Shown: piece by piece, positions 8,669 through 17,900 of the stretch | Layout: each line of letters opens with the position of its first letter | How positions within the stretch are numbered: the first letter of the stretch is position 1 | IMG/VR virus record: IMGVR_UViG_3300028887_000079 | Location: 1 to 64,000 of that record | DNA length: 64,000 bases | Strand: one strand, 5' to 3' | Source of the DNA: a virus | Lineage: Duplodnaviria > Caudoviricetes | Program-made: the position numbers and the translations under genes | Notes under the pieces: model-generated | Told to the model about the DNA's origin: nothing | The model's database searches: none | What the model saw: only the letters and a program-made list of their open reading frames with translations

Positions 8669-10197
8669 TAGTAGCTTAACACATATACCTTTTCGCCGAT
8701 CTTCATCAGGTAAATGCTTCCGACATATGCCGGGGCAGATGTCATACCGGACTCCGAGGGGTATGCGCCAGTGCCTACGCCTTCGTATAAACGCGGCTTC
8801 AATTCCTGAACCGCTTCAGTTGCGGACGGAGTCCATAAGCAGGAGGTGTCCGCAACGATGCGCAGGGACGCGTCCATAGTTACGGTGGACCAGCTTACAG
8901 AATCGATATTGCCTGCCGTGAGCCCGATATTTGACGAGAAATGAAGGCACTCGTGCGCTTCGCCGGAATACCCCGTAGGCTTTCCAAGGTCTATCACAAT
9001 GTGACCCGGGGTTGCCGCGATCGTGCAATTAGTGCGATTCGGGGTCTGCGCATAATTATAAGCATCATTCCAGCTGACATCACAGCTGAGGGATGACAAG
9101 GCACCGGAAATTTCAAAATGAGAAGGTCGCCCGCTAGTATAGGAGATTGTTACATTGCATGTGGAGCCGTTTTGAACAAGCGGAAGAGCGCTGGGATACA
9201 AGCTGGTTTCTTTTCCCTCCGCCTGCCCGCCAAAGCTATACCCAACGGAGAATGATTGCCCTTCCCTGGTAAGATACAAACCGCCGGAGACTTCGCCACC
9301 TTCTCCGCCCGGGGAGGTCGCGTGGCCATCGCAATAACATGCGATATTGATTTCATAAACCACGCCCTCAATCATAGTCTTTGTGTCGAGGTAAAGATTT
9401 TGCTTGGGGTTTGTAGTAGAGCAATTATCGCCGGATCCGACCTTTCCACGAACGGTCCAAGTCACCCAATCAACGGTGACAGCTTCCGATAAGTCTAGCG
9501 CCTTACTGCTATCAAGACCGGTCCCGCTATCCAACGGTTCAGTGGATTTGCTGGCGAGATGGGTGATGTTGCCGTTCTTGTCAGCGAACGAGCACACGCG
9601 AATAACACCGGCGCCGCCCCCGTTACCGATGGAATTGCTCATCCAAGGCTTTTGTTCGATGGTCAAGCGGTGTTCCTCTTCGTCCGGCAATTCGCCAAGC
9701 GCCATCTCATAAATGAAGGTGGCGGCGATCGGGGCTTGAACTACCTCGGTCATATTAAAAGATCCGACATAGGTATTACGCCCAATCTCCGTAAGAGTTA
9801 CGGCGCCTTTTTCGCCGCGAGTGTGGAAGTAGAATGTAACTTGAGGATGCGTCCCCACCACCTTTGCGGTGTAAGGACCAAGCGCGTAAACATGCACGCG
9901 CAATTCGCCGGAGGGGCCGCCTACGCCACTACCATCGAATATAAGGGTGTGACTGCTATCTACGAGGGCATTGATGAGAACGCTGTATTCGCCAGTGCGC
10001 GAGGCAATCTTGTGGCCGCCGAGCAATTCGTCAACATCGATTTCGGTGTCGCCTTCTTCGATTGCCTTTTGAATCATCTCTTCCGTCACGACATAATCGT
10101 ATTGGACCGATGCAGCCAGGGCATTCATGTGCCGGGGCTTGACAATTTCGTCAATCGCAAAATCGGTCCTGATGTTCACGTCCGGATTGTTTTTCAT
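8668..10197 (-). CDS. Putative virion structural / fibre-like protein
   Basis: 509 aa, G/S/T-rich beta-type composition; head of the operon with GT and radical SAM genes. Confidence 0.45.
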   Translation of the reverse strand: MKNNPDVNIRTDFAIDEIVKPRHMNALAASVQYDYVVTEEMIQKAIEEGDTEIDVDELLGGHKIASRTGEYSVLINALVDSSHTLIFDGSGVGGPSGELRVHVYALGPYTAKVVGTHPQVTFYFHTRGEKGAVTLTEIGRNTYVGSFNMTEVVQAPIAATFIYEMALGELPDEEEHRLTIEQKPWMSNSIGNGGGAGVIRVCSFADKNGNITHLASKSTEPLDSGTGLDSSKALDLSEAVTVDWVTWTVRGKVGSGDNCSTTNPKQNLYLDTKTMIEGVVYEINIACYCDGHATSPGGEGGEVSGGLYLTREGQSFSVGYSFGGQAEGKETSLYPSALPLVQNGSTCNVTISYTSGRPSHFEISGALSSLSCDVSWNDAYNYAQTPNRTNCTIAATPGHIVIDLGKPTGYSGEAHECLHFSSNIGLTAGNIDSVSWSTVTMDASLRIVADTSCLWTPSATEAVQELKPRLYEGVGTGAYPSESGMTSAPAYVGSIYLMKIGEKVYVLSY

Positions 10198-10262
10198 AGA
10201 TACCTCGTTTTCACCTTATACCATTAAATCTAAAAACTTTAATGGCAAACAACAACCGGTTA

Positions 10263-11279
10263 TCAAACGTCCGGAGATAAAAGCACAGTGGCGCCATTTC
10301 CTTCAAGCGCAAGGATCACGCCGGACTCCCCGACATTCTTCACCGTTGCCTGAACACCCGATTTCATCAGGCGGAACGGGCTGGCGTCAACTGTAAAGTG
10401 TCCGGAGTATTCTCCATCCCAAGGCGCCTCGCCGCAAAACTCGCCACTGGAGTTGACAGCGTTGACAGAAATAGTCCCCGGGGCAAATGTGATGTGGACC
10501 GGCATTTGCTGCGAGAACACATCCGTGAATCCTTCTGCCTCCTTGATGGCGCCGAGCACTTCTTCATTGAAAGGCGCAGTTGCCGTGACCGGGGCATCCT
10601 TGAACGAATTGATGTAATCGCAAAGGGCGGGGATCGGAAAATCGTTGATGGCACGATAGAGCACCGAGCAAAGTGTCCCGTCATCATATTGGACATGAAT
10701 GTAGGGCATATCGTTCAGGACATGCGTTGCCACCTTGCCTGCCTTGGTGATTGCGCTGACAGCCGCCGTGGGGAGCCAAGCACCGCCCGGCAACCCTTCA
10801 CACTCCGCCGTGACAATTCGAATAGAGTCCGTTGCGATGAATCCGGGGTAGGCTTCACAATCCCACGCCACGCCTGCATAACCGGACTTGTTCGGGAATG
10901 CAACCGCCGCGAGCTTGGTGATGAAGTCGGCAGGCGCCGGCGTCAATTCTTCCGGGAATGTCGGCAGCGAGGCAGGCACTTCGGAACAAGGCAAGGTAAC
11001 GCGAGAGCGGCCGTGCTTCACTGTAATGCCGGTGGTGTCGCCAAGAATTGTGATGTTGCCCGTTGCCTTCGAAAGGATCTTGTCCAAAGATGCCTTGTCC
11101 ACCATAATGGACATATCAACGGCGGGGCACGGAACGCGGACGTTGATACTGGTTCCGCATCCCATAATGTAGCCGGGGACGAAAATGATTTTGCCAGCCT
11201 GCAAGAGACCGGTCCCGGCATCAACGCCGGGCGCACATTTGCCCACGGCATCCTTCAATTCTTTTGCTTCAATAATCAC
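10263..11279 (-). CDS. DNA polymerase sliding clamp (DnaN/beta-like)
   Basis: 338 aa; ATDSIRI motif (cf. ATDGHRL), FP motifs at domain junctions; lies next to DnaB and the clamp loader. Confidence 0.65.
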   Translation of the reverse strand: MIIEAKELKDAVGKCAPGVDAGTGLLQAGKIIFVPGYIMGCGTSINVRVPCPAVDMSIMVDKASLDKILSKATGNITILGDTTGITVKHGRSRVTLPCSEVPASLPTFPEELTPAPADFITKLAAVAFPNKSGYAGVAWDCEAYPGFIATDSIRIVTAECEGLPGGAWLPTAAVSAITKAGKVATHVLNDMPYIHVQYDDGTLCSVLYRAINDFPIPALCDYINSFKDAPVTATAPFNEEVLGAIKEAEGFTDVFSQQMPVHITFAPGTISVNAVNSSGEFCGEAPWDGEYSGHFTVDASPFRLMKSGVQATVKNVGESGVILALEGNGATVLLSPDV

Positions 11280-12736
11280 AGTTTGAATCCTCCGCGTCTA
11301 CCGCGTGCTGGTGTTCTTTGCGGCTCGTCTTCATCGTTTTCCGCCTGAATGTCCACATTCGCAATCATATGCGCATCCATCATAGGCTCGCAAATGGCAA
11401 GGCAGGATGTGCAAAGAAGTTGAGAAGGCGCCACCGGTTCATCACGCGTGGTGTTACATGCCAATCTATACAATCCTTGCTCACGCTCGGCCGCATTTTG
11501 GTTAATCATAATCATCTTGGTGACATGCGCCACCTTGCGGATATCTTCCGCCACGTCCGCTTCGTCCGCATCCTTTTGGCCGCCAACGGTGGCACGCCCG
11601 GTTTGGGTTGCAGTGATAAGCAGGCACTTGCGCTCCGAGGCGATACCACGGAGTGACACCCAAGTATCGTTGATGCGGTCGCGCATTTCCTTCGCCGCCG
11701 ATGTGTGGCGCATAATGTCCGCATAGTCAAGGACAATAACGTCCGGGATAAAATGCTCATACAACTGGAGCGAATCCAAATCTTCTTTCAGGCGGGCGAT
11801 GGTCAATGTGTTGGACGGATAAGTGCGCACGCGAAGGTCGCCGCGATAATACATCGCATAGTTGCCCATCGCCTTGGCAATTTCCTTTTCGTCCAGCACC
11901 GGAGCGCGTGTAAGCACTTGCCCCGGCACAATGGTATAACGCCCCGGCGTAGTCTCCATAAACGCGCTATATTCGGCGGATTGACCTTTACGGGTGGTTC
12001 CGGTAAGCTGTTGCCACAAACGCCTTAAAACCTGCGATTCCTTCATTTCTAGCGAGAGCACAAGAACGCGCAGACCCCGCTTGGCGCTTTCGGTCGCCAG
12101 TTTCAGGAGCCACATTGATTTGCCTCGTTTCGGCGGGGCGCCTAGTGCGACAAAGTCTTCGCGCGCGAAGGATCCGAGGACCTTCCCGGCATCGCCATCA
12201 AAGGTCAGCAGGGTCTCCGCTTCTTCATCGAATGCGCGTGCCACGATGGCAGCCGACTGCGGGGAGAACATTGCAACCGTTGAACTATGAATAGGCGCCG
12301 GAGCGGCATACTGCGCAACAACTGCCTCGCCACGCGAAGAGTCGCGAATAAGCAAGGCCCTATCAATGTCATCACGAAGTTTGCGAAGGGCGCTGATCTT
12401 GAAGAACTCAAGCGCCTGCTGTTTGACTAATTCAATGTTGGTGGGTTGCCAGTCATCGCTGATACTGCGCAAGAAAAGTCCAACGCCTTCGGCGTCCTCC
12501 TTGCGCATACTTTGGGACTTGAAAAGGAAAATGTCCTCGATGGCACGCCCTGGTGCCGCGTGCTGTGCTTGGAAGAACTCCCAAAGCCACGTTGCGACAT
12601 TGCGGCAAACGCCTTCGCTGAACAACTCGGGCTTCCCCATTTCAGTGCACGCCGACAAGAGCGGCGTGGACATAATGAGGTTTGCAATCAGGCGGCGTTC
12701 GCCTTCAACCTGAGCATTGATTTGGGTTATTTCCAT
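11276..12736 (-). CDS. dnaB: Replicative DNA helicase (DnaB family)
   Basis: GAPPKRGKS, LSLEM, VIVLDYAD, ITATQ, AED motifs. Confidence 0.9.
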   Translation of the reverse strand: MEITQINAQVEGERRLIANLIMSTPLLSACTEMGKPELFSEGVCRNVATWLWEFFQAQHAAPGRAIEDIFLFKSQSMRKEDAEGVGLFLRSISDDWQPTNIELVKQQALEFFKISALRKLRDDIDRALLIRDSSRGEAVVAQYAAPAPIHSSTVAMFSPQSAAIVARAFDEEAETLLTFDGDAGKVLGSFAREDFVALGAPPKRGKSMWLLKLATESAKRGLRVLVLSLEMKESQVLRRLWQQLTGTTRKGQSAEYSAFMETTPGRYTIVPGQVLTRAPVLDEKEIAKAMGNYAMYYRGDLRVRTYPSNTLTIARLKEDLDSLQLYEHFIPDVIVLDYADIMRHTSAAKEMRDRINDTWVSLRGIASERKCLLITATQTGRATVGGQKDADEADVAEDIRKVAHVTKMIMINQNAAEREQGLYRLACNTTRDEPVAPSQLLCTSCLAICEPMMDAHMIANVDIQAENDEDEPQRTPARGRRGGFKL

Positions 12737-13140
12737 CCCTGAGATTCCTTGCTGGTGCTGCCCTGATACTTGCCATCATACTGGGAAGCGGGGTCGCATT
12801 CAAAGAAAATCATTTGAGCGATGCGGTCGCCGGCATCAAACTTCACCGGTTCATTGCCCATATTGTAGATGGTGCATCCCGAGGCGCCGGAGAAGCCCGG
12901 ATCATAAAGACCGGACGAAATGAAGATGCCCTTGCGCGACAGCGAACTGCGGACACAAAGCATAGCGGCCGCGTTGGCGGGGACAGAAATCTTTTCAGCG
13001 ATTTCAATGTTCAAAAATCCGTGTGCGGGAATTTCGCAAGATTCTTTGATGGTAACGTCCACGCCGCATTGCTGCTTCTTCGTGCCTTCGGCGGGAATGA
13101 TGTGCTTGTTTTCCAAAATCTTATCGGGATTGATAATCAT
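12727..13140 (-). CDS. Trimeric dUTPase / dCTP deaminase superfamily protein (probably dUTPase)
   Basis: RSSLSRKG, GLYDPGFSG, RIAQMIF, YDGKYQG; the deaminase Glu after DPGxxG appears to be absent. Confidence 0.8.
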   Translation of the reverse strand: MIINPDKILENKHIIPAEGTKKQQCGVDVTIKESCEIPAHGFLNIEIAEKISVPANAAAMLCVRSSLSRKGIFISSGLYDPGFSGASGCTIYNMGNEPVKFDAGDRIAQMIFFECDPASQYDGKYQGSTSKESQGWK

Positions 13141-13197
13141 AAAAACTCCAATTTGGGTTTATTTAATATACGGAAAAAGGCGCGTGGCGCCTTTGTG

Positions 13198-14154
13198 TTA
13201 AACCTGCAACTGGTCCGGTCTCAAGTGGCAAAGTTTGAATACCTGTGCCGCCATCTTCGGGAACGCTTCGCCTTGGTCGTAGACCGGTTCGCTGAGATGT
13301 TCAATGAGGCGCAAGCACGCAACTTCGGACCTTGCAATGAGCGTGGTTGTCGCATAGGCGAGTGCCGTGTGGCGAATCGCTTCCATCATCACACCCTGCT
13401 TTTTCAGGTTGGTGAGTTGGGCGCCAAGGGTAGGCCACGCTTCCGGCACGCCTACCGATTTATACAAGGCACGGCAAAAGTCGATGACCACTGTATCCTT
13501 CTTGCTTTCTTCCGCAACCATCGGATCACCGGTGATCGCCTGCTCCAGCATCACAAGTGCTTCACGGGGCACGCCGTTACAGCCGTTCACAATCGAGTCA
13601 AGCGCTTCCGGCGTCAGGTTGATTTCATATTTCTTTGCGGCGTCCGTAACAAGTTTGGTGATGTCCGTTTTCGTCAATGCCTTCAACTTCCAAAAGGTCA
13701 TGCGGGACTTCAATGCGGATCCGGCATCCCCGGCGAACAATGTGTCAGGGTCGGTAGTGCAGAAGAACCAATAGGTATACGGCGGGGTATCTTCGGTCGG
13801 CTTGAGAAGTGCCTTCTTGCCCGGAGCGAGCAGGGAGTGCGCTTCGTCAAGGATGATGACGCGTGCGTTGCCAACGGGCGGACGATACGGCGCCATATCA
13901 ATAACATCTTTCATTGCTGCCACGCCGCGTTCGGTTCCGCAGTTCACTTCTTGGATGCCCATATTTTCAACGGCGCCAAGAATTGTGGTTGCTGCGATAC
14001 GCGCAAGGGTGGTCTTCCCGCAGCCACGCGGACCGACAATGCAGTGAACGCGGGAGTGGGTTTTTACGGTGAAGTGCTTTTCAAATGCGGCAAGGGTTTT
14101 TTCATTGCCAAGCATTTCGGAAATAGTTTTAGGGCGATGTTCTTGGTATAACAT
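13198..14154 (-). CDS. Clamp loader AAA+ subunit (DnaX gamma/tau-like)
   Basis: LYQEHRPKT, GPRGCGKTT, IILDEAHSL, ALLKPTEDTP, ALKSR, GVPREA. Confidence 0.9.
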   Translation of the reverse strand: MLYQEHRPKTISEMLGNEKTLAAFEKHFTVKTHSRVHCIVGPRGCGKTTLARIAATTILGAVENMGIQEVNCGTERGVAAMKDVIDMAPYRPPVGNARVIILDEAHSLLAPGKKALLKPTEDTPPYTYWFFCTTDPDTLFAGDAGSALKSRMTFWKLKALTKTDITKLVTDAAKKYEINLTPEALDSIVNGCNGVPREALVMLEQAITGDPMVAEESKKDTVVIDFCRALYKSVGVPEAWPTLGAQLTNLKKQGVMMEAIRHTALAYATTTLIARSEVACLRLIEHLSEPVYDQGEAFPKMAAQVFKLCHLRPDQLQV

Positions 14155-14185
14155 AATTTTCCTTGAGTTTTATAGAATATACGGA

Positions 14186-14203
14186 AGGCCGCTTTCGCGG
14201 CCT
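14186..14203 (-). terminator. Hairpin between the TGT-like gene and the clamp-loader promoter
   Basis: AGGCCGC-TTTC-GCGGCCT. Confidence 0.45.
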
Positions 14204-14223
14204 AGATATTAGAGGATCAGGTA

Positions 14224-14985
14224 TTAAATGCAGTTGCGCTCTACGATCTTGCGGAACATGCGGATATTGTATTCCAGCAAGTCCGGGTCGATTTTCGGAG
14301 GCGCATCCATCATGAGGCGAATGTTGCTCTTCGCATCAATGCCCGTTTCGGAATAGCGCCAGCCTTCAGCGGCTGCCGTGACCGGATTGGAAGTGTCCAC
14401 CGTTTCGAACTTGACGTGGCGATAAACCGGAGACAAGAACTCGCGTGCAGCATAGGTCCCGAACAAGTGCATCGGGTTTTCCTTCCAACACGGCAACTGA
14501 GACAACTTCTCAAGGAAAGCAGGTCGGCGCTCCCACGGCATAAGGTTTTGATCATAGCCGTGCGAGTCAAACGGGATGGCGATCTTCTCGGTCTTCTCAA
14601 TCATGAACTTGTAGCAATCGACAAGGTCATCAAAGGTTTCGCCCTGGATGGCGCAGATGCCGATGCCGGGAAGATCGGGGAAGGTTTCCACAAACTTCTT
14701 GTAGGACTCGATGGTTTCCGGCCCATTGTGGCGCACGTCCGGTATCACATACCAAGTCGGTTTCAGGTCGACCACGTGGCGTCCAAATTCATCGAAGATT
14801 CCGGCGCCGAGTTCAAATGCGCTGTTATCGAACAGCACCTTGCGGCCAAGATCGAGGACGCTTTCCTTATAGAAGAAATGAAAGTCCGGGTCGTTGTAGA
14901 GGTGTGCGAAGGCGTAGTCATAGTCGTTCCATTTACGGGATTCGGCTAGAAGGCTCCTCGGAACCTCGTGGGAGATTAGAGGCAT
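14224..14985 (-). CDS. TGT-fold protein; candidate DNA 7-deazaguanine transglycosylase (DpdA-like)
   Basis: LFDNSAFELG (cf. TGT DSGGF), YVIPDV, AIQG, HLFG, VDTSNPV in TGT order and spacing; 253 aa. Confidence 0.6.
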   Translation of the reverse strand: MPLISHEVPRSLLAESRKWNDYDYAFAHLYNDPDFHFFYKESVLDLGRKVLFDNSAFELGAGIFDEFGRHVVDLKPTWYVIPDVRHNGPETIESYKKFVETFPDLPGIGICAIQGETFDDLVDCYKFMIEKTEKIAIPFDSHGYDQNLMPWERRPAFLEKLSQLPCWKENPMHLFGTYAAREFLSPVYRHVKFETVDTSNPVTAAAEGWRYSETGIDAKSNIRLMMDAPPKIDPDLLEYNIRMFRKIVERNCI

Positions 14986-15000
14986 AGAATGTCCTTGTTT

Positions 15001-15288
15001 TTAGAACTTGTAGGCGATTGCGATTCGATTCCCGCTAGGCAGCGCCAGCTTGTTGAATGCCTTTGCGCCTGAGCTGATGAAGTAATCGCGATGAGACCCT
15101 TTATGTGTAATGATGATCGCATGTCCCGTTGCGTCATCCACTTCAAGACCCAAGATTGGATCCTTGCAGGTATACGAATGCTGCCACACGGTGTGGCTGC
15201 TTAAATTCGATGCCCATTGGAGCTCGCGCTCATTGGTAGGATTGGACCGAAAATAGAGTTTGTCTTTCGGGGCATAAATAACAGGCAT
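15001..15288 (-). CDS. Hypothetical protein
   Basis: Start MPVIYAP behind AAAGGAG RBS. Confidence 0.6.
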   Translation of the reverse strand: MPVIYAPKDKLYFRSNPTNERELQWASNLSSHTVWQHSYTCKDPILGLEVDDATGHAIIITHKGSHRDYFISSGAKAFNKLALPSGNRIAIAYKF

Positions 15289-15289
15289 G

Positions 15290-15478
15290 TTACCATCTCC
15301 TTTTGAGCTTATCGGCTTTTCCTTCGGCTTCGCAATAACTGCATACTGCGTGCCCAAAGATTGTCCGATATGTTCTGCGCTCCTTACATATTATACATTT
15401 TGGCGCCGGCTTTGCGGGTGTGGGGTTTATGCCACGCGGCTCCGCCGGGACTAATGAAATTTCCTCACCCCAACTCAA
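15290..15478 (-). CDS. Small zinc-finger protein
   Basis: TTG start 7 nt after GGAGG; CIIC...CSYC. Confidence 0.5.
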   Translation of the reverse strand: MSWGEEISLVPAEPRGINPTPAKPAPKCIICKERRTYRTIFGHAVCSYCEAEGKADKLKRRW

Positions 15479-16388
15479 AGGTCGACCTCCCCGCAAAGTG
15501 CTTTTCAAGATAGGACTTGACTGCGGGGGCGAACTTTCCGTTAGTGTCGTTGAAACATACCACCCGCTTGTTCTTCAATGCCTCAACCTTGTCCGGCGTG
15601 GCATCCGGCATTTCAATGTATCCCTTGTGAGGGAACTTGTCCGAATGCTTTGATATGCCGGTGAAGTCCTGCCAGTAGCGAAGGATCCAATGATTGTAGT
15701 TCTTCGCATCGCGGAATTTAGTCAAGGTCTTTTCAATAAAAGGCCAAAACTTATCCAGCGCAGGGATGATAGCATCTCGCTTATAACACACCGCCAAGTG
15801 GTTGTGGTTATAATGCGGGCACGTCTTTCCGGCAAACTTTGATACAAGATCGAAGTTATTGCAAACAATGGAGCGGAAAAGGCAAGTCGGGCGGAAGCGA
15901 GAGTTGCGGACATCAATCCACGTCAGCGGCTGCTCGCCTTCCACGAAATTCTCAAAGGTGCACGGGGCATTGAAATAGAAGTCGTCATTCATCATCAAGA
16001 AGAACGGAGTCAACTCGGACGCATACTTGCGGAGGAAACAAAGTTCAATGCAAGAACTGTTGTAACTCGGGGTAGCGCCTTTGGGCATGAAGTCCGCGTG
16101 ATAATGAATCTTGAGGCGGGGATGATTGCGGTCCAGCCACGAGGGGATTTGAGATTCGGACTGGAGCAACAAATGCACTGTGCCCGGTGGACCGAATTGT
16201 TCATACCCACGCCACCAATAACGGAACATTCCGTAGGAGGCGTAGCGGTTGGAAAATAGTTTCAAAAATAATTCGCGTGCTTTCGGTGTGCGGAAATGCT
16301 TGCCACGCGTTTCAAGGAATCGGTCCTGCCATTCGCGGTCGGACGAATCCACATACGGGAGAACGATGTCGATGTCGGTATCTACCAT
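15465..16388 (-). CDS. Stealth family hexose-1-phosphate transferase
   Basis: CR1 IDIVLPYVDSSDREW; CR2 IPSWL...H.DFMP...PSYNS..IE...FLMMNDDFYF; CR3 H...FRD; CR4 VVCFND. Confidence 0.85.
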   Translation of the reverse strand: MVDTDIDIVLPYVDSSDREWQDRFLETRGKHFRTPKARELFLKLFSNRYASYGMFRYWWRGYEQFGPPGTVHLLLQSESQIPSWLDRNHPRLKIHYHADFMPKGATPSYNSSCIELCFLRKYASELTPFFLMMNDDFYFNAPCTFENFVEGEQPLTWIDVRNSRFRPTCLFRSIVCNNFDLVSKFAGKTCPHYNHNHLAVCYKRDAIIPALDKFWPFIEKTLTKFRDAKNYNHWILRYWQDFTGISKHSDKFPHKGYIEMPDATPDKVEALKNKRVVCFNDTNGKFAPAVKSYLEKHFAGRSTFELG

Positions 16389-16579
16389 CTACGGCGCCCT
16401 TTTTTCGGATGATACTTCGGGTTCAGTGTATTGTAGGGAATGTTGTTGCGCTGGCGCTCGCGGGATGCGGGCACTTGCGGGGTATAGAAATAGCGCATAA
16501 TGCGCTTCAGCTTAATGCAAACCACAATAAGCAAAAGCACATTAACGCTAGATACTGCGAGGGCTGCTATACTAAGCAA
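16382..16579 (-). CDS. Small membrane protein
   Basis: N-terminal hydrophobic helix, basic tail. Confidence 0.55.
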   Translation of the reverse strand: MLSIAALAVSSVNVLLLIVVCIKLKRIMRYFYTPQVPASRERQRNNIPYNTLNPKYHPKKGRRRW

Positions 16580-16925
16580 TATCGCCCTCCGCTTCAGCCT
16601 TCTTCTTCTTGCTCTTCTTCTTGGACTTGGTCTCGGTTTCTACCGGGGCTTCTTCCACGGGCATTTCAACGGCGGGCGCTTCGACCGGTGCCTCCACTTC
16701 GGCGGCTTCGAGTCCCGCCGAAGTTTCAGCATCAACCGGAGATTCCTCGGCCGGTGTTTCCGGAGCGGGAATGTTTTCGGCAGGTGTTTCCGGTGCCGGG
16801 GCAGGCTGTTCGGGTGCTGCCTTTTTGGGATCCGGTGCCTGCTTGCGCTTCTTGCGAGCGGCAAGTTCGCGCGCCTTCTTACGCTTGGCGATAGTGTCGA
16901 TCACTGCGCTGAGTTTCGGGTTCAT
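16572..16925 (-). CDS. Low-complexity protein (basic termini, P/A/E-rich core)
   Basis: PAPETPAE repeated twice, PVEAP repeats; ATGA-type overlap with the upstream gene. Confidence 0.6.
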   Translation of the reverse strand: MNPKLSAVIDTIAKRKKARELAARKKRKQAPDPKKAAPEQPAPAPETPAENIPAPETPAEESPVDAETSAGLEAAEVEAPVEAPAVEMPVEEAPVETETKSKKKSKKKKAEAEGDIA

Positions 16926-17455
16926 TTTTTCAACTCCTTTGTAAGGGTGGTTTTGATAATCTTCACGCGGTCCGCAACGGATCCGGTGAGTTCCTTATAT
17001 GGAACATTACATTCTTTTGCGAACGCAATCAAGGCTTCGTGCCATTTCCGCTGATAGTCCGCGTCCGTGGAGCGGATGCCGTTCGCCGGAATTGCAAATT
17101 CGCCGGGCTTGGGAATGAAGGCGTAATTGATGTAGGACGCCATCTTGCGAAGGCGCTTTTCAAATTCAGCCTTGACCGCCGCGGGCAGGTTATGGTCCAG
17201 CTTCATGTAAGAATAGCAGTCAAGCGCCGAGCGGTCCAAATAAACAGTGTCGTCCACCGCAAGTGCCTGATTCAATTGAGACTCCATTGAAGAGACGATA
17301 AATTCCTGCTTTTCAACGGAGGTATTGAATTGCATCTGTGCGGCAATGTTGGAAGCGGACGGAGTGACCACCGTTCCCCCTTCTGCGAAAAGTGCTGTAA
17401 TGATGGATGTTTTTCCTACGCCCTGTGCGCCGGAAATGGAGATAATTCTGTTCAT
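16922..17455 (-). CDS. P-loop nucleoside/nucleotide kinase-like (AAA_28/NadR-type)
   Basis: ISGAQGVGKTS, YLDRSALD, GSVADRV. Confidence 0.75.
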   Translation of the reverse strand: MNRIISISGAQGVGKTSIITALFAEGGTVVTPSASNIAAQMQFNTSVEKQEFIVSSMESQLNQALAVDDTVYLDRSALDCYSYMKLDHNLPAAVKAEFEKRLRKMASYINYAFIPKPGEFAIPANGIRSTDADYQRKWHEALIAFAKECNVPYKELTGSVADRVKIIKTTLTKELKK

Positions 17456-17463
17456 GAAATAAC

Positions 17464-17607
17464 CTACGGTTTGAGAACGGGAATCTTGCGTTCGAGTTCG
17501 TCAAGGTGTTTGAGAATTTCTTTTAATGCCTTGCGGAGGCGCACTACCCTAATCGAAAGATAGACGCACACAATGAAAAGGAGAATTGAAAGTATCATCC
17601 AGCTCAT
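17464..17607 (-). CDS. Small membrane protein (47 aa)
   Basis: Manual translation MSWMILSILLFIVCVYLSIRVVRLRK...; ATGA overlap with the upstream gene. Confidence 0.5.
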   Translation of the reverse strand: MSWMILSILLFIVCVYLSIRVVRLRKALKEILKHLDELERKIPVLKP

Positions 17608-17900
17608 GCGGGGGTCTCCTCCATTTCTTCGATAGTTTTATTGATTTCGTCTTCGGCGGCTTGCAACCACGCATCGCCAATAGACTGATCCAGCGCCACG
17701 GCAAACTGGCGGAGGAACAGGTCAAGCGATTCGTGTGCCTGAGTAGCCAAGAGATTCAAAACCATTCGGGCGTGCGGAGCACTTCTCTCAGCCTCGGGGA
17801 TGAGAGCAAGGCACTTGTTGGCAGCCTTTTCAAATGCCTTCAGCGATTCCTTGCGGACCGACTTGATGGCTTCATTGATTTTCTTAGTTTGAATATCCAT
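17604..17900 (-). CDS. Hypothetical helical protein
   Basis: ORF track, operon packing. Confidence 0.6.
   Translation of the reverse strand: MDIQTKKINEAIKSVRKESLKAFEKAANKCLALIPEAERSAPHARMVLNLLATQAHESLDLFLRQFAVALDQSIGDAWLQAAEDEINKTIEEMEETPA

Noticed and set aside
12727-13140. Uracil- or hmU-substituted genome suggested by the dCTP-deaminase-like gene and UDG-like domain
   Set aside because: The deaminase Glu appears absent (dUTPase more likely); no dCMP deaminase or hydroxymethylase seen in the window.
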